A stretch of DNA of 64,000 nt from Candidatus Magasanikiibacteriota bacterium (GCA_052034405.1 JBPOIO010000001.1:67-64066), one strand, 5' to 3'; positions 47,223 to 57,040 are shown, counted from the first letter of the stretch. Notes: generated by a model from the letters alone, not told the origin. Numbers and translations: made by a program.

Positions 47223-47320
47223 ACATTAATCTGTTTAAACTGAACTGTCGACATGTGGAAAATCCACCAGTTCTTTCACAAAAAGAAGTATAGCAAATAT
47301 TTTATCCAAAAGTCAACATA

Positions 47321-47356
47321 AAAAGAAAAACTGTCCACAGTGGGACAGTTTTTTGA
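47321..47356. terminator. Rho-independent terminator downstream of rpsP (bidirectional geometry)
   Basis: aaaaaactgtcc-acagtg-ggacagtttttt. Confidence 0.7.
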
Positions 47357-47364
47357 AATATATT

Positions 47365-47685
47365 TTATGCGGCAGGTGCAGCTTTTTTTGCTTCAATTTT
47401 TTTTGCTCGTTTTTGAGAAATAAAAACTGATTTTGCTTTTTTTGCTTTTGTGATTCCTTCTTTTACCAAAAGGTTGTTCACAGTTGCACTTGGTTGAGCA
47501 CCAACAGAAAGCCAATATTCAATACGTTCGCGGTTGAGTTCAATTTGTTTTGGTTGAGTCGTTGGATTGTATGAACCCAAGATTTCCAAACTTTTTGCCT
47601 GTGTATCTTTGTGCTTGTCAGAAACAATAAGACGGTAGATAGGCTGTTTTTTCTTTCCAAGACGTTGGAGACGAATACAGATCAT
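47365..47685 (-). CDS. rpsP: 30S ribosomal protein S16
   Basis: MICIRLQRLGKKKQPIYRLIVSD... is S16. Confidence 0.9.
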   Translation of the reverse strand: MICIRLQRLGKKKQPIYRLIVSDKHKDTQAKSLEILGSYNPTTQPKQIELNRERIEYWLSVGAQPSATVNNLLVKEGITKAKKAKSVFISQKRAKKIEAKKAAPAA

Positions 47686-47762
47686 AGTATATAAATAGAG
47701 ATAATACGAAGATTAGGTGACGATTAGAGCTGGGCGCATTATAGCGAAAATCTGGAAACTTG

Positions 47763-50700
47763 TCAAGAGCTCTTTGCTTCTGATAATTTTACACTCAAAA
47801 GCTGAGATACCCCATTTCCTCCCATAGTCACCCCATAAATAGCATCTGCAGCATGCATAGTCACTCGATTATGGGTAATAATGATAAACTGTGAAGCTTC
47901 CGAGAGTTCTTTGAGGATCTGGACGACTCGAAGGGTATTGGCTTCGTCAAGTGCCGCTTCAACCTCGTCAAGAATAACAAATGGTGATGGGTTCGTACGC
48001 AAAATAGCACAAATAAGCGCAATAGAAGTAAGGGTTCGCTCTCCACCGGAGAGGGCCTGAATATTGTTGATTTTCTTTCCTGGAGGGCACGCCAAAATAT
48101 CAATCCCCTTCAAGATCTTTTTCACTTTTTTTGATCCTGTATCTACATCGTTTTCTTTTTCTTCAGATTCTGAACCTTCTATTTCATCTTCATACACTTC
48201 TATCAAATCAGCACTTCCCCCATCAAACAAAATAGCAAAGTAACGGGCAAATTCTTTTTTCATTTCTTTGAATGCCTTATTGCGTTTTTTCTTCATGATA
48301 TCATCAAGCTCTTGCACCAAAGTTTCAAGATCATTCAAAGTTTTTTTCAAATCCTTGAGCTGACCATCAAGATTATCAAAACGAGATTTTGTTTCTTCAT
48401 ATTCTGCCACAACACTTTCATCAATACCACCAATAAGTGAAAGTGTATATTTGAGTTTTTGAATACGCACACCTACTTGTTCTTGTTCTGCAGCTTCAAA
48501 TACCTTATGCCCACGAGAAGCAATAGAGTCAAGTGATACATGCAATTCTTCAAATACTTCTCTTGCAATATCTTCTTCACGAGTTTCGAGTTTGGCCAGT
48601 TCAATTTGACGAGTATTTTTTTGTGCAATAGCAGCGTTCACAGATGCCTGTAACTCTTGCATTGAATCTTGCAGGGCAAAAACACGTTGTTTTTTGACTT
48701 CTTCTTCTGCATGAAAATTATTGACTTTACTTTCGGCAACAGCTATTTCTTGGTCCAATTCTTGCATGGTATCAAGTATCATTTGCTTTTGGATTTCAAT
48801 ATCTTTCAATACTTCGCTATATTGTTCGGGACTAAGTGTTTCAAGATTGAGTTCGTGCTCGAGTGCGGCAATTTCTGAATCTACACTTTTCTTTTGATTT
48901 TCTTGCAAATCCATTTTGCTTTTCAAAAACAAGAGTTCTCCAGATCGAGCCTGGAGTTCTTCACGACACTCTTCAAAACGAATTTCAAAATGTTCAAATT
49001 CTGCTCTTTTGTTTTTGAGTTCAGCTTCTGAAAGGGCCACATCAAAATCAGTAAAGGCAGAAGCGCCTGATGCAAAACTCAATCTATCATCTCGCCCGCG
49101 ACGGTATCCACCTTTTACCACACCACTTGTTTCAAATAGATCTCCCTGAAGTGTCACCATACGAATACGACCAATACCAACAGCACGGGCCGCATCCATA
49201 TCTTCTACTACCAAAGTGGAACCAAAAATTAAAGAAAAAACATCGTTATATTTTGCATTGTATTTGATCAAATCCATGGCGAGTCCTCGTACACCCTGTT
49301 CTTTCAAAAGTGTTTTCACCATTTCTGGCATTTGACGTGGACGCAGTGTGGTCAATGGCAAAAATGTCGCTACACCAAATTGGTTGGAACGTAAATAATC
49401 AATACATTTTTTGGCAACATTTTCGTCACTAATCACAATCGATGACAAATAATTTCCAGCAGCAACATCGAGTGCTACGACATATTCTTTTTCTACTTTT
49501 CCAAGTGTTGCAACGACACCAAAAATATCTCCGAGTTGGTTTCGAGCCTCAAGAATCGCCTGTACGGCACGAAGCCCCGTCAACTGAAATACAGACTGCT
49601 CGGCTTTGGCATAGGTTGTTTCGGTTTCAAGACGTGTAATATCTCCACGCAGTGCCACTTTGGAAATATTGATGCGTTGCAATTCGTTTTGCAAAGTATT
49701 GACGGCACTTTGTTTCGTCGCCGTTTCTTTTTCAATATTTTCAATTTCTTTTTCAATAAGAGACTGATCGTTTTTCAATGTTTCTACTTTTTCTTTCATC
49801 CAACCAACCTGAGTCGCACCGGCTTTTCTGTATTCACTTTGTGATTTTCCTTCTAATATTGTAAGTTCACGCTCAAGTGCATTTTTTTGTTTTACAACAT
49901 CTTGATATTCATTTTGCAAAGCCGTAAAAATTTCTTGACGAGAAGATTCACGAGATAAATGTGCCAGTTCTTCTTGGATCGAAAGCAAGTTTTTTTCACT
50001 GAGTCGCAAATTATCGTCAATAGCAAAAATTTCATTTCGAAGTACTTGGATTTGACCGCGAAACTGTGTTGCGAGTGTTGCATAATGGCGTTCTTGAAGT
50101 TCACGAAGTTCAATTTCAACTTCTTGACGTTCGGTCAATTTTTGGACCTGACGAGACAAAATTTTTAAACGTGGTTCAATTTCGTGAAAAAGCAATTCTG
50201 CTTGAGAAATATGACTTCGAGTACGATCAAGGCGAAGCATGGCCTGGTGACGTTTGATTTGAAATTCTTTGATACCACTGGCTTCATCAAAAAATTCCTT
50301 GCGCTCTTCCATGCTTTGCAAAATCATCTTATCAATCATCCCCTGTCCAATAATTCCATGTGCACCACTTCCTGTTTGGGCTTTGGCAAGCAAAATATTG
50401 ACGTCAATCAAACGAGCTTCGTGACCATTGATAATATATTCACTTTCTCCCGAACGATAAAGCCTGCGACCAATAACAAGTTCTTCGTAATCAATCGGAG
50501 CTTTTTTGTCAGTATTATCAAAAGTAATAAAAACACTGGCCATACTGAGTTGGCCCTTGTGCTCGGATCCGGCAAAGATAATATCTTCACTTTTTTTACC
50601 ACGAAGGAGCTTGAGACTCTGTTCTCCCATAACCCAGCGAAGGGCATCGGCCACATTACTTTTACCAGAGCCATTTGGACCAACAATTACCGTAATACTC

Positions 50701-50789
50701 TCTTTTCCTCCAGATCCTGGCAAAAAATCCAAAACAGTCTTGTCGGCAAAAGACTTAAAACCCTGAATTTCAATACGTTTCAAAAACAT
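47763..50789 (-). CDS. smc: Chromosome segregation protein SMC
   Basis: N-terminal Walker A GPNGSGKSN, long coiled coils and hinge, and C-terminal LSGGERTLTSIAL...ILDEVEAALD. Confidence 0.92.
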   Translation of the reverse strand: MFLKRIEIQGFKSFADKTVLDFLPGSGGKESITVIVGPNGSGKSNVADALRWVMGEQSLKLLRGKKSEDIIFAGSEHKGQLSMASVFITFDNTDKKAPIDYEELVIGRRLYRSGESEYIINGHEARLIDVNILLAKAQTGSGAHGIIGQGMIDKMILQSMEERKEFFDEASGIKEFQIKRHQAMLRLDRTRSHISQAELLFHEIEPRLKILSRQVQKLTERQEVEIELRELQERHYATLATQFRGQIQVLRNEIFAIDDNLRLSEKNLLSIQEELAHLSRESSRQEIFTALQNEYQDVVKQKNALERELTILEGKSQSEYRKAGATQVGWMKEKVETLKNDQSLIEKEIENIEKETATKQSAVNTLQNELQRINISKVALRGDITRLETETTYAKAEQSVFQLTGLRAVQAILEARNQLGDIFGVVATLGKVEKEYVVALDVAAGNYLSSIVISDENVAKKCIDYLRSNQFGVATFLPLTTLRPRQMPEMVKTLLKEQGVRGLAMDLIKYNAKYNDVFSLIFGSTLVVEDMDAARAVGIGRIRMVTLQGDLFETSGVVKGGYRRGRDDRLSFASGASAFTDFDVALSEAELKNKRAEFEHFEIRFEECREELQARSGELLFLKSKMDLQENQKKSVDSEIAALEHELNLETLSPEQYSEVLKDIEIQKQMILDTMQELDQEIAVAESKVNNFHAEEEVKKQRVFALQDSMQELQASVNAAIAQKNTRQIELAKLETREEDIAREVFEELHVSLDSIASRGHKVFEAAEQEQVGVRIQKLKYTLSLIGGIDESVVAEYEETKSRFDNLDGQLKDLKKTLNDLETLVQELDDIMKKKRNKAFKEMKKEFARYFAILFDGGSADLIEVYEDEIEGSESEEKENDVDTGSKKVKKILKGIDILACPPGKKINNIQALSGGERTLTSIALICAILRTNPSPFVILDEVEAALDEANTLRVVQILKELSEASQFIIITHNRVTMHAADAIYGVTMGGNGVSQLLSVKLSEAKSS

Positions 50790-50868
50790 AGCCAGAAAGG
50801 CATTATTATGGGTACGATTATACCACTATTGACAATCCAAGGCAACTGCTATAGAATAAGCTGTTTCT

Positions 50869-51837
50869 ATGAATAATCACAGCGCAAAACAAATTTACGA
50901 AGCCGTACAAAAGGCCCGTTCCATTTTACTTATCCCCCACCAAAATCCAGACGGGGATGCTTTGGGTGCTTCTACTGCTTTTGCCGTATGGCTTGGTAAT
51001 ATTGAAAAAGATTTTACTATTTTTTGTAAAACTCCTCATACTCCAAAATTTTCTTATCTCCCGCTTGAAAAATTTACAACAGATCCAGCGACTTGGGAGA
51101 AAAAATTTGACCTCGTTATTGTCTTTGATTCTGGAGATCTTCGCTATGCTGGAGTATCCGAAGAAATTGCTCGGGTTCGTGAAGAGATCACTCTTGTAGA
51201 TATTGACCACCATGCTACCAATGAATTTTTTGGCGATTTGAATTTTGTTGATATAAAGGCTTCTTCTACCTCTGAAATGGTGCAAAGATTTTTTTCTATC
51301 AACCATATTACCTTGCAAAAAGAAATCGCTACGGGCCTTCTCACTGGTTTTATTACTGATACTGACAACTTTACCAATGGAGCAACATCTTCTCTTGCGA
51401 TGACAGCTGTAAGCCAGCTCCTGCGCAGTGGTGGACGTATGAGCCCTATTCAAAATCGTGTTTATAAAAATATCTCTATTCCAGCATTGAAAGTCTGGGG
51501 AAAAATGTTGAATCGTCTGAATAAAAATGAAGCCTTGGATATTGTCTCTACCTATATCACCCAAGAAGATATTGCCGAGGCAGGGATCCAAGAAAGCGAT
51601 ATTGATGGACTTGCCAACTTTATGAATATGATTGATGAAGGCAAAGCAAAAATGATCTTAAAAGAACTTGAAAAAGGCAAATGGAAAGGAAGCTTTCGTA
51701 CCACACGCGACGATGTGGATGTTTCTGCGTGGGCAGCGAAGATGAATGGTGGCGGTCATAAAAAAGCTGCGGGATTTAAAGTTGATGGGACGATTGACGA
51801 GGCTTTTGAAAAAATATTTACTATCATCAATACCTAA
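50869..51837 (+). CDS. nrnA: DHH/DHHA1 phosphoesterase (NrnA-like nanoRNase / pAp phosphatase)
   Basis: DHH motifs HQNPDGDALGA and DIDHH. DHHA1 GGGHKKAAG. Confidence 0.8.
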   Translation: MNNHSAKQIYEAVQKARSILLIPHQNPDGDALGASTAFAVWLGNIEKDFTIFCKTPHTPKFSYLPLEKFTTDPATWEKKFDLVIVFDSGDLRYAGVSEEIARVREEITLVDIDHHATNEFFGDLNFVDIKASSTSEMVQRFFSINHITLQKEIATGLLTGFITDTDNFTNGATSSLAMTAVSQLLRSGGRMSPIQNRVYKNISIPALKVWGKMLNRLNKNEALDIVSTYITQEDIAEAGIQESDIDGLANFMNMIDEGKAKMILKELEKGKWKGSFRTTRDDVDVSAWAAKMNGGGHKKAAGFKVDGTIDEAFEKIFTIINT

Positions 51838-51903
51838 AAAATAAACTTTTTGTTTCGAGTATAGAAAAAGTTCTTTTTGGAGGCTGTCGCAGCGTTTCAT
51901 TTT

Positions 51904-51936
51904 TTACTTGTATTACCCGCAGGTACGGACAAGTAA
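51904..51936 (+). promoter_or_regulatory. 33-bp nested palindromic motif ~95 bp upstream of clpP (second copy of the pyk-upstream motif)
   Basis: ttacttgtattacccgcaggtacggacaagtaa. Outer 8-bp arms ttacttgt/acaagtaa, inner ccg...cgg. Confidence 0.5.
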
Positions 51937-52031
51937 AAAATTATAAGCGAGACGACGAAAAAAGAACTTTCTCCATGACTAGCAAAAATACATCTCTTCT
52001 GATATACTAAAAAACACTTAACCTCTATTTT

Positions 52032-52631
52032 ATGAATACTCCAACAATGGAATCCTCACAATATTTAATTCCAACAGTAATCGAAAAAACACACTTTGGT
52101 GAACGCGCATACGATATTTACTCACGCCTTCTCAAAGACCGTATTATTTTTCTCGGAAGCGCGATTGACGACGGAGTGGCCAATGCTATTATTGCTCAGC
52201 TGCTCTTTCTTGAAAATCAAGATCCAGAAAAAGACATCAAAATATATATCAATTCCCCTGGTGGATCGGTTACTGCAGGTATGGCAATTTACGATACCAT
52301 GCAATATATTAAACCACATGTTTCTACTATTTGTGTTGGTATGGCAGCAAGTATGGCTTCGGTACTTCTCGCTGCAGGAGAAAAAGGCAAACGCTTTGCA
52401 TTGCCCAATAGTGAAGTGATGATCCACCAAGTCATGGGTGGAACCGAAGGACAAGCCAGTGATATCAAAATTCATGCAGAGAGAATACTCAAAATGAAAG
52501 ATCGTCTCAACAAAATTTTGGCAAAACATACTGGACAAAAACTTGCGGTTATAGAAAAAGACTCTGACCGTGATAACTTTATGAATGCCGAAGAAGCCCT
52601 AAAATATGGACTTGTTGATAAAGTAATCTAA
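52032..52631 (+). CDS. clpP: ATP-dependent Clp protease proteolytic subunit
   Basis: [14 protein letters not shown] and the catalytic Ser/His/Asp context ([11 protein letters not shown]..., MIHQ). Confidence 0.92.
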   Translation: MNTPTMESSQYLIPTVIEKTHFGERAYDIYSRLLKDRIIFLGSAIDDGVANAIIAQLLFLENQDPEKDIKIYINSPGGSVTAGMAIYDTMQYIKPHVSTICVGMAASMASVLLAAGEKGKRFALPNSEVMIHQVMGGTEGQASDIKIHAERILKMKDRLNKILAKHTGQKLAVIEKDSDRDNFMNAEEALKYGLVDKVI

Positions 52632-52668
52632 AACAAAAAAAATCCCCCACCCAAAAGGGTGAGGGAAG
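52631..52668 (-). terminator. Strong minus-strand rho-independent terminator in the clpP/vanW intergenic region, not attached to an annotated gene
   Basis: Minus-strand read ccctcaccc-tttt-gggtggggg followed by attttttttgttt. The upstream minus-strand vanW has its own hairpin at ~52950-52980, ~280 bp away. Confidence 0.55.
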
Positions 52669-52694
52669 CTAAATTGCAAAAGGGAGTAAATCCC

Positions 52695-52930
52695 CTGCCT
52701 GTATCCAAGAAGATGTGCCCTAGGCAAAATTGAGCCGGAGCCGAATTACCCTACAGCACATCCCCATGCTTGTCGTGGATACAGAGAGATAAGTACTTAG
52801 AAACAAACATCTCCTCTAACTACTGACTATCTCTATATCCTCTTTCGAGGTACAAATACACAAATTTATCGTACAGAAACAAAATATAAACAGTGACTTC
52901 TTGTATAAATGCTATTTGCTGTTCTCTTTA
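52695..52930 (-). ncRNA. Candidate structured non-coding RNA (class unknown) in a 384-bp intergenic region
   Basis: Nested inverted repeats ctgtatcca...tggatacag (9 bp) enclosing gatgtgc...gcacatc (7 bp). No ORF. Dedicated terminator at 52631-52668. Strand and ends are inferred. Confidence 0.3.
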
Positions 52931-53015
52931 CGAGACTCAATATAATATCACAAAAGCCCTCTTTTGTCAAGGGGCTTCTGTGGAAAAATACATTTTTTGG
53001 CTTATTATAGCTATT

Positions 53016-54956
53016 TTACGGTGTTGAACTCGCCATTACTGGAGAAAGTGGCAAGGTAGAACTTGCTCCAGACCCGCCAGAGATACTTTCTACGCCCACA
53101 AGACAAATCTCTGGGAGTGATCGATAATAACTATCAAAAACCTGTTCTTCTTTTGTACCATCAGCCAAAACACGGGTATAGGTAAAAGATGCCACGGCAC
53201 CAGGATATGCATGTTGGCATTTTTTTTGTCCAGGAGGCAAAGTTGTGGTTTCGGTAAATCTTGTTGGTCCAACAGGAAGACGTTTACTCACCAATGGTTT
53301 TGTATAAGAACCATTTCGACCATCGTCTGTTCCCCAAAGCGTAAATTTCAACTCCCCTGTTTTTTCATTCATCGAAGTCTGAATCAAAACATAATTTGGA
53401 CTATCATTCAAAAAACGAAAATCTGGTGAAGGTTCATAAATAGTAGCATCTGTTCCTGGTTGTCCATTGCGTGGATCATTGTAATAGGTTATTGCGAGTG
53501 AGTGATTGCGACGTTCGGTAATTTTCAAGCCACTATTCATTGCCATACGAAAGAGTGTCGTACCAATTTGACAAAGACCACCACCAATCTCTGGTTTTAT
53601 TTCATCACCCTTAATAACAAGTTCTGGGAAATATCCCCCTTCAAGAGTATATGGCTGTGTATATTTTATTGCAGAAAATTCTTCTCCAGGTTTGATCAAA
53701 ATTCCATTCAGTTTTCGAACCGCATTTCGAATGTTTTTGACACGGTTACTTGGGCTTCCAGAAAAATTTGAAACACCAGAACCCAAAATTTCTTTAATAC
53801 CCAAATTATTTACTTCACCAGTTGCAACATCAGGCTGTTCTTCTACAAGAATAATGTTTATAGGAGTATTACTTGAAGAAATGAGTCTTTCTTTGAAAGA
53901 AAGTTGCAAAGCCTGATAGGTTGATGTTACATCAAGAACAAGACCAACACGAGCAGCCTGAAACTCTATAACTTTTCCATCTTCGTCTACTCGAAATTTT
54001 GCATTTTCTGCATTTTCACCAATAGCGGATCCAATTTTATTTTCTAAATATTTTGTAGTCGAAGCAAAGTCAAGCGTAAAAGTATTCACTCCATTATCTC
54101 CACGAGACAAAGTCAACCAAGATGCAAAAGTCGAAACAGGAATTTTCCATTCTTTTTCAAGACCAGCACTGGGATCCACCTGATCCAAAATAAGTGGGCC
54201 AAAAGAAAGTGTTTTTGTAATGTCAGGTAAAAGTGGTTCCCAAGCTGCCTCGGTTATAACGGGTGACGTAGGGCGAGATGTAAGGCTTACACTTGGACTT
54301 TGAAGTAGTGACCAACTTTTTTCAATAGCATCAATGCTTTCATTTATATTGTAAACATAACCGTTGGTAGAAGATGTCAAAGATACTTTGAGAGGATCAA
54401 AAGAAGCAAAAACAAGGGTACTTTCTTTTGGTGGAGCTTCAAAATCTTTTATTTTTTCATGAATTGCTCCAGCCAAACGTACACGATCAACAGAAATATT
54501 TTCGAGGTTTATACTCTCGGAAACCATACGAGAACGCAAGTAATGAATAGCATTGACCAACATATTACTTGTTTTGCCCATAGCAAAAATACGGTCAGCT
54601 TCGGCGTTGGTATCGATACGAATAAAATCAATAACATCCGCATCAGTGACAAGCTCTGGACTCAAAATAAACTCGTGTTTTGTCTCTTGAAAACGAAGAT
54701 CCAAATGAATACCATCAGTAACAAGTTTATTTGACATGGTATTCAAAAAATTTTTGAGTTCATCACGGGACATATTTGCAACAGAAATATCCCCAATCAT
54801 AAGTCCTGGAAGGGTTTTACTCTGTGCAGCATTACTCACAAAAATAAGTGTTGCAAGACCAATACATAAAAAAACAACTCCACCAACGAGGAGAATCAAA
54901 AGTTTTGATTTTTGTTTTTTTTCTGTGTTCTGTAAAACTTCGGGTATCTCTGACAT
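53016..54956 (-). CDS. VanW-family protein with N-terminal TM anchor
   Basis: VanW domain segment PGEEFSAIKYTQPYTLEGGYF...GGGLCQIGTTLFRMAMNSGL. Start set at Met5 to remove the overlap with hsp20. Confidence 0.75.
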   Translation of the reverse strand: MSEIPEVLQNTEKKQKSKLLILLVGGVVFLCIGLATLIFVSNAAQSKTLPGLMIGDISVANMSRDELKNFLNTMSNKLVTDGIHLDLRFQETKHEFILSPELVTDADVIDFIRIDTNAEADRIFAMGKTSNMLVNAIHYLRSRMVSESINLENISVDRVRLAGAIHEKIKDFEAPPKESTLVFASFDPLKVSLTSSTNGYVYNINESIDAIEKSWSLLQSPSVSLTSRPTSPVITEAAWEPLLPDITKTLSFGPLILDQVDPSAGLEKEWKIPVSTFASWLTLSRGDNGVNTFTLDFASTTKYLENKIGSAIGENAENAKFRVDEDGKVIEFQAARVGLVLDVTSTYQALQLSFKERLISSSNTPINIILVEEQPDVATGEVNNLGIKEILGSGVSNFSGSPSNRVKNIRNAVRKLNGILIKPGEEFSAIKYTQPYTLEGGYFPELVIKGDEIKPEIGGGLCQIGTTLFRMAMNSGLKITERRNHSLAITYYNDPRNGQPGTDATIYEPSPDFRFLNDSPNYVLIQTSMNEKTGELKFTLWGTDDGRNGSYTKPLVSKRLPVGPTRFTETTTLPPGQKKCQHAYPGAVASFTYTRVLADGTKEEQVFDSYYRSLPEICLVGVESISGGSGASSTLPLSPVMASSTP

Positions 54957-54957
54957 A

Positions 54958-55386
54958 TTATTCTTCAACTATAGTGATAGGTATTCGAGTATTATTTAAA
55001 TTTCTTTTTGGAAGCCGTATTAATAAAACACCATTTTGCAAAGTTGCCGTAGTCAACTCGCTTTTGACATCATGAGGCAACACAATGGTCCTTGAAAATT
55101 TTCCCCAAAAACATTCGTTATGAAAAAATTCTTGTACCTGACCACTTTGTAAAAAAGCATCACCTGGGGATTTTCGAGAACCACGAATAGTCAACAAATC
55201 ATTGTGAATAGCAATATCAAGATCATCTTGGACAGCCCCAGCAATGGTAGAAATTACCATAATTTCGCTTTTGGTGTCAAAAATATCCACAGCCAATTGA
55301 CCTTCTTCTTGGATATCAATATCTTTTGAATCAAAAGATATTCCGTAGACCGAACCCAGTGCTGAATTGTAGGAATCTTGTGACAT
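54958..55386 (-). CDS. Hsp20/alpha-crystallin small heat shock protein
   Basis: Alpha-crystallin domain (DIFDTKSEIMVISTIAGA...GVLLIRLPK). Start at MSQDSY. Confidence 0.8.
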   Translation of the reverse strand: MSQDSYNSALGSVYGISFDSKDIDIQEEGQLAVDIFDTKSEIMVISTIAGAVQDDLDIAIHNDLLTIRGSRKSPGDAFLQSGQVQEFFHNECFWGKFSRTIVLPHDVKSELTTATLQNGVLLIRLPKRNLNNTRIPITIVEE

Positions 55387-55447
55387 AGTAGACCTATTAT
55401 AGCAAACTCTCTGGTAGAACGCAAAAACCACCAAAATATTACAGCTG

Positions 55448-55476
55448 TTGACGAAATTTTATTTTTTGAGTATACT
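55448..55476 (+). promoter_or_regulatory. sigma70-like promoter (TTGACG-17-TATACT) for the three-tRNA operon
   Basis: TTGACG at 55448-55453 and TATACT at 55471-55476. Confidence 0.5.
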
Positions 55477-55513
55477 TATATCACTTTTTCTGGGGACCCC
55501 CCAAAAAAGCAAT

Positions 55514-55600
55514 GGAGAGTTGGCTGAGTGGTCGATAGCAGCAGTTTACTAAACTGCAGTCTGCGCAAGTGGACCGGGGGTTCGAATCCCTCACTCTCCG
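55514..55600 (+). tRNA. Type-II (Ser-like D-arm and long variable arm) tRNA with unusual anticodon loop TTACTAA (apparent anticodon ACT)
   Basis: GGAGAGT-T-GGCTGAGTGGTCGATAGC-A-GCAGT-TTACTAA-ACTGC-AGTCTGCGCAAGTGGACC-GGGGGTTCGAATCCCTC-ACTCTCC-G. D-arm nearly identical to the adjacent tRNA-Ser genes. Confidence 0.6.
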
Positions 55601-55619
55601 CGGTACAACTCAAAAATAT

Positions 55620-55709
55620 GGAAGGGTGGCTGAGCGGTTTAAGGCGGCAGTCTTGAAAACTGTTGAGGATGAAAGTCCTCCGCGAGTTCGAATCTCGCCC
55701 CTTCCGCCA
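55620..55709 (+). tRNA. tRNA-Ser (TGA)
   Basis: Anticodon loop CTTGAAA, long variable arm, CCA encoded. Confidence 0.85.
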
Positions 55710-55718
55710 TATTTTAAA

Positions 55719-55806
55719 GGGAGAGGTGTCAGAGCGGTCTATCGTACAGCTTTGCTAAAGCTGCGTGCCCTAACCGGCACCGGGAGTTCGAATCTCCCCC
55801 TCTCCG
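55719..55806 (+). tRNA. tRNA-Ser (GCT)
   Basis: Anticodon loop TTGCTAA and long variable arm. Confidence 0.85.
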
Positions 55807-55810
55807 CAGC

Positions 55811-55840
55811 AAAAAATACCCCTAGGGGTATTTTTTTATC
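55811..55840. terminator. Bidirectional rho-independent terminator between the tRNA operon and convergent comFC
   Basis: aaaaaatacccc-ta-ggggtattttttt, a perfect hairpin. Confidence 0.8.
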
Positions 55841-56465
55841 CTCTTGCAAGAGTAAAGGCCTTGATCAACCCGGCCCCAGCCTCTTTGAGAATACGAGCCG
55901 ATTCGTCGAGTGTTGAACCTGTTGTAAACACATCATCCACAAGCAGAATATTTTTGCCTTTTATGTCAAAGTTCTCTTTTAAAACAAAGGCATCTTTGAT
56001 ATTTTTGATACGTTCATCTTTTTGGAGCTTGGCTTGTTGTTTGGTAGATTTTTTTCGAATCAAAATATTTTCAAAAGGCACATCAAGTTCCGCTGCCAAA
56101 ATTTTTGCAATTTCTTCTGCCTGATTGAATCCCCTCTCGGCAAATCTTCGTTTGTGCAAAGGTACTGGGACAATAAGCTCTAATTGCTCGAAATACTGTT
56201 TGTTCAAATTCAAAAATTGTTGCAGCAAAATTTGAAATATTTTTAATACATCTTCAACAAAATCATATTTGTAAGCATAAAGAAGTTTTTGAAGTAAACT
56301 ATTTTCTTCAAAAAAACCAAGAGCACTATGATCATCCAAAAATTTTGTATTTTCAAGAGGAACAAAAACGCCAAGGACAGAAATGGTCGCTTGGCATTTA
56401 AAACATAAAATTGTACCCTCTTCCCTACAACCCAGACAGAAATGTGGGAACAGATAATCCCACAT
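55836..56465 (-). CDS. comFC: ComF family protein (ComFC/phosphoribosyltransferase-domain competence protein)
   Basis: N-terminal Cys-rich CLGCR..C..C. PRTase motif ILLVDDVFTTGST. Start at MWDYLF avoids the overlap with the upstream gene. Confidence 0.8.
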   Translation of the reverse strand: MWDYLFPHFCLGCREEGTILCFKCQATISVLGVFVPLENTKFLDDHSALGFFEENSLLQKLLYAYKYDFVEDVLKIFQILLQQFLNLNKQYFEQLELIVPVPLHKRRFAERGFNQAEEIAKILAAELDVPFENILIRKKSTKQQAKLQKDERIKNIKDAFVLKENFDIKGKNILLVDDVFTTGSTLDESARILKEAGAGLIKAFTLARG

Positions 56466-56467
56466 AT

Positions 56468-57040
56468 TTACTGTGCATCCCAAAAGAGACCATCAACCTT
56501 CCAAGTGCCATCAACTTTTTTGAGTTCTACACGACCATTTTTGTAAAGTGTCTGAGAAGAAGTTGCTGTACTACTCTCTACTTGGGCTCCAACTTTTACG
56601 GTCGCAGCCTGCAGGGTAAAAGCAATGAGATCCATAGAAATAACTTTGGTAGTAAATCCTTGGTAATCAGCAGCATGTGCTTGTGCTTTGCTTGCGATAT
56701 AACTTGCCATATTTTCTGTTGCAAGTTCTGTTGCATCAACAATATTTCTATTTCCATTTTGATTGGATTTTGTTTCAAATCGTTCTACAAAAGTTCGAGA
56801 GAGTTGTTTGACATACAAACGTTCTCGTTCTTCGCTGTTTTTTGGTGGAGGTGGCGGTATATTTTTGGGTGGAGTGACCACAACGTCTTGCACTGGAGTT
56901 TTTACGGTAGTCGTTGGCGTTGTGTTTTCTACCTTAGGAGCAGAGGGTTTACGCAAAAAAAGAAAGAGCAAAATAAATGCCAAAAGAAACAATACAACAA
57001 CACTCAAAAATATAAATATTTTTTTTCTTGCTTCCATCAT
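56468..57040 (-). CDS. Membrane-anchored protein (N-terminal TM, Pro-rich linker, C-terminal globular domain); possible VirB8-like T4SS component
   Basis: TM helix IFIFLSVVVLFLLAFILLFLFL. Position immediately downstream of VirB4. The VirB8-like role is inferred from bitopic topology and position only. Confidence 0.45.
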   Translation of the reverse strand: MMEARKKIFIFLSVVVLFLLAFILLFLFLRKPSAPKVENTTPTTTVKTPVQDVVVTPPKNIPPPPPKNSEERERLYVKQLSRTFVERFETKSNQNGNRNIVDATELATENMASYIASKAQAHAADYQGFTTKVISMDLIAFTLQAATVKVGAQVESSTATSSQTLYKNGRVELKKVDGTWKVDGLFWDAQ

